In this document: positions 60,893-64,000 of the stretch, one piece after another
Position numbering within the stretch: position 1 is the first letter of the stretch
Layout: the number at the start of each line of letters is the position of its first letter
Source of the DNA: Octopus vulgaris
Taxonomy: Eukaryota
Reading direction: 5' to 3'
Assembly (NCBI GenBank): GCA_951406725.2
Contig: OX597838.1
Location: forward strand, 41,850,001-41,914,000
DNA length: 64,000 bases
Notes under the pieces: generated by a model
What the model saw: only the letters and a program-made list of their open reading frames with translations
The model's database searches: none
What the model was told of the DNA's origin: nothing
Position numbers and translations under genes: made by a program

Positions 60893-63088
60893 ATGCAATA
60901 AATACCGTCGACGGCTCCAGAGTTTGATAGCATCAGGCGAATTATCAGCACGTTTTTACTGAAAGACCAATCACCAACAGTGAAGCACTCGGAAGACTAT
61001 TTCTATCAGTTCCTTATTCAATTTAAATCAGTGAATCCGTCAGCCATTGAGACAGGGTGCAAAATCTCGTTATCCATCTTCTTGACAAGCTACCAAGCTT
61101 TGCTAAAGATAATGCTGCCATCGAAACAGAAATTCTTCAGGGCCAGGTAATCTTACGGCAACAGATCTCAAAGAAGGGTAGTTTCTTTTGCAGAGATCGT
61201 CACTTTTAAAACAGAAGCATAGATTACAAAGTACAAAACATCAAACTCAGAAGGATGTTAACATCGTCACCAGCGACAAAGACAAAGCAAGCTACCGTTA
61301 TTGCTCCAGCAGCAACAGGATCGAATTCCCAAGCGAGTTACTATTAACTTCTAAATCAATGAGAACCTCGTTAACATCACAAAAGAATAGACAACCTCCA
61401 CGTTCAGATCCAAACAGATTATTGAGTCACACAATGATGATGGCAGTATTCTGGTAATCCACACTCCAGAATTTCCAAGAGCCTTATTTCGGCAGCTGTT
61501 ACAGCTTATAAAAGAAAGGGCCTACAAGTAATTGTTAGACGCATTCTTTTACTGGCCAGAAACTAAGGCCACTGGTCCACAGCACATTATTTTGTCGCTA
61601 TCCCTCTTATTTTCTCAGTAAAACAGTAACAATTAATTACATCCTCCCAACTCAGGCACCTTAACAACATCAGTTACAACGATTGCACACTGAACGAACA
61701 GTTTCTAACTCTTGTCTGACAAACAAAAACCCTGTGTCTTTTGAAAGGGTCACTTTTTGTAAATCATTCCAGTTTCCATCACAAGCTCCTTGTCTACCGG
61801 ACAATCTGTGTTTCTTACCTCATGTTTCAATGCAAAACATAGACCCACATGCAGCCAACGCTTTTAAAATACAGAAGGACTTTAACATGCACTATCTCCA
61901 GGAGATCCTTTCGATAATCCGGTAGGATTAGATTACACACACACATTTCCTCCATTAGACCAACATCAGAAGAATTAAGTCCACACTATTCATGCGTCAT
62001 CTTAGAAATAGTTCGTCCATGGATATCGTCTTTGTTCGTGTTTCCGCTGTATTACCACGATTGACATTTGGTTTAGGACCAAAAATAACGAGAAGAAGAT
62101 CCCTTTCAAAAATGGAAGGCATCACAACTCGCTTTTAACTTTGGTGGTCTCAGTTGAATGGGAATTGAAAATAAAAAGAAGAAATAATCGAGAACTATCA
62201 AAAGAATTGAGAAAAAAAAGGCGTCCATGCAAAGTTACACTTCGCTTTTCCATGCGAACATGTATCGTTTGTAACTGAAAATTGGGATATTAACTCAGCC
62301 AAAAGATCTGCAAATAAAGATGAGGATTCTCGTTTTCGAATCTAATGGACAACCATAAAGAAACGATTTTCATGGAATTTAGTTAAGATTTCGGTGTGTG
62401 TTTTGTGGTTGTACAATGTCTGAATAGAATTTCATGAAAGAAGACTTCTCAGTCTATTTTCCGTAGTGGTCAGCGGTGAAATATATCAATCATGTATCGA
62501 ACTTAATGAACAAGACAATCTCTGTAACTCCGAAGTTTGTATCTACCACAATATTGACGAATTCAAATAAACAAGGTCCGAAGATTTGGGGAAGAAAATG
62601 TGACCATCGTTACGTCATAATAGAAATATTTCATAATTGTAAAACTCCAATGTATTTTTTACCAACAAAAACATAAAAATTTTATTTACTAATTTTTAAA
62701 AAGATGGGTTAAAAAAAAAAAGAAAAGAAAAAAATGAAGGGAAATGGGTGAGGGTGAAGAAGGTGAAGCCGGAACCGGAGAGGTAATGGACCACATGTCC
62801 CAGAACAAGAGGGACAGTAACAGGCAGGATGTAGACATTGGACTCCATTTGAATGACGTCAAGCAATTATTGTTAATTTAAAGGATTCTTCAGTATTAAA
62901 CAGAATCCCAGTTACACAGCTTGCTTTATCAATTCTATCTCCAGTTACTGAATCCATTCTACATCCTTGTTATGTTCAACTTTGTTATTCCAAACGTCTG
63001 CTATGATTTACTCATGTCTGGGATTTTCCAACGATTTCTAACATTTTGGATAGAGAGCCGATCCCTATAAAATTCCAACGGAATTTCA

Positions 63089-63191
63089 GCTCAGACTGAT
63101 GAGGGAACCTATCTGAATACTGCAAGTTAGGTGCTCTGTCACTGAGTGAAAAAATTTATATGGGTACCGAAAACAAAGAGGGTAGCTGGGC
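63089..63191 (+). ncRNA. Type I hammerhead-ribozyme-like motif
   Basis: Stem I GCUCAG/CUGGGC, core CUGAUGA, stem II GGAACCUAU/AUGGGUACC, GAAA, GUA triplet at 63182-63184. Confidence 0.45.
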
Positions 63192-63290
63192 AGAGGCAGC
63201 TTTCATTTGCACTAATCTTCAAAAAGTATTTTCACTTTTTATTCTGTATGTAAATCATTTGGCAATATTAGAGGCTGAAAAAGCGGCAGC

Positions 63291-63423
63291 TGGCAAAATG
63301 GTTAGTAATGCCAGGCAAAAGACTTGGCAGAATGGTTAGCATGCCAGGCAAAAGACTTGGCAGAATGGTTAGCATGTCAGGCAAAAGACTTGGCAGAATG
63401 GTTAGCATGTCAGGCAAAAGACT
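63291..63423. repeat. 33-bp minisatellite (4 copies) derived from a SINE 5' head
   Basis: Unit tggcagaatggttagcatgYcaggcaaaagact at 63291, 63325, 63358 and 63391. Confidence 0.88.
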
Positions 63424-63670
63424 TTGGAAGAATCGATCGTCAAAGGGAGACAAATCGCTTGGCAGTAATTCAGGCTTCTATCACTGCTAACGGATCAGTT
63501 TCTTGCGTAGTTATGTCCCTTTAATTACAATTACGGAGATGTACTTGCATAGCAAGTGACCTGATCTGAGATCGTGTGCTGAAACAAACACAATTGCAGC
63601 GTGGAAGGTGTTTATTAGCCATTTAAAAACACACAAAAACCGTTAGATTCACTTCAATATTTATATTTAA

Positions 63671-63721
63671 TTTGTCAAAATATTTTCGTCGCTTTGAAAC
63701 CGCGACCTCTTCACTGACAAA
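63671..63721 (-). ncRNA. Minimal type I hammerhead-like motif with G at position 3
   Basis: UUUGUCA-GUGAAGA-G-GUCGC(GGUUUCAAA)GCGAC-GAA-AAUAUU-U-UGACAAA. Confidence 0.45.
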
Positions 63722-64000
63722 ATTCCACGCTGCAATTGTTTATAATATTTGTCTCAATATAATTGGGACTTAACTGAAGACAGTATCGATCCTTAATACT
63801 TGATTAATACTTTTATTTTATCGACACCGAAAAGATGAAAGGTAACGTTAACTTCTGAAGGACTTGAACTCTAACAACAAAAAGCCAGAACAATGCAAAA
63901 TACTTCCCCCCCCCCCCACCACGCTCAAACAATACTGTCAGCTTGATGCACGAAATAATTGTTTTTGATTTAGGCACAACGCCAGCAATTTCGAGGGGGT

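Larger units (their letters stand above)
60520..63200 (+). mobile_element. Highly decayed Penelope-like element (RT and GIY-YIG relic, hammerhead-bearing end)
   Basis: Motif relics in the expected order: DVNIVTSDKDKA (cf. ADKG), IHTPEFP (cf. KIHK..P), VSFE (cf. VSFDV), MDIVFV (cf. YxDD), GEAG...DHM...IGLHLN (GIY-YIG-like), then CTGATGA..GAAA at 63096. Confidence 0.45.

Noticed and set aside
63291-63423. 33-bp repeats (and 62-bp repeats at 15465) resembling a CRISPR array
   Set aside because: No unique spacers, eukaryotic context, and the units derive from SINE or LINE sequence.

Overview
AT-rich, repeat-dense eukaryotic genomic DNA; the SINE, LINE and microsatellite content resembles a coleoid cephalopod (octopus-like), which is an inference. 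I assembled two convergent multi-exon genes by hand from GT-AG sites with consistent intron phases. (1) The 3' part of a KIF12/kinesin-16-like gene on + (10 exons, 606..23879; end of motor domain, coiled coil, tail). (2) A complete NCBP3 (nuclear cap-binding protein 3, C17orf85) orthologue on - (12 coding exons, 52933..33446, 1869 nt, 622 aa). Two possible terminal exons of a third, unidentified minus-strand gene lie at about 59.1 and 57.8 kb. Introns and intergenic DNA carry decayed Tc1/mariner elements (TRT/DD37E-like, DD34E, mariner, DD37D, rosa-like), Merlin-like MITEs with 8-bp TSDs, LINE fragments (RTE, CR1/L2, L1/Tx1, R4/Dong), a Penelope-like relic and many tRNA-derived SINEs. The most notable extras are several minimal hammerhead-ribozyme-like motifs, a 28-nt NCBP3 microexon that recreates a 5' splice site (possible re-splicing/NMD switch), a structured unique island in NCBP3 intron 2, and inverted repeat pairs that could drive ADAR editing or circRNA formation. 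No database searches or folding programs were run; family assignments come from recalled motifs.
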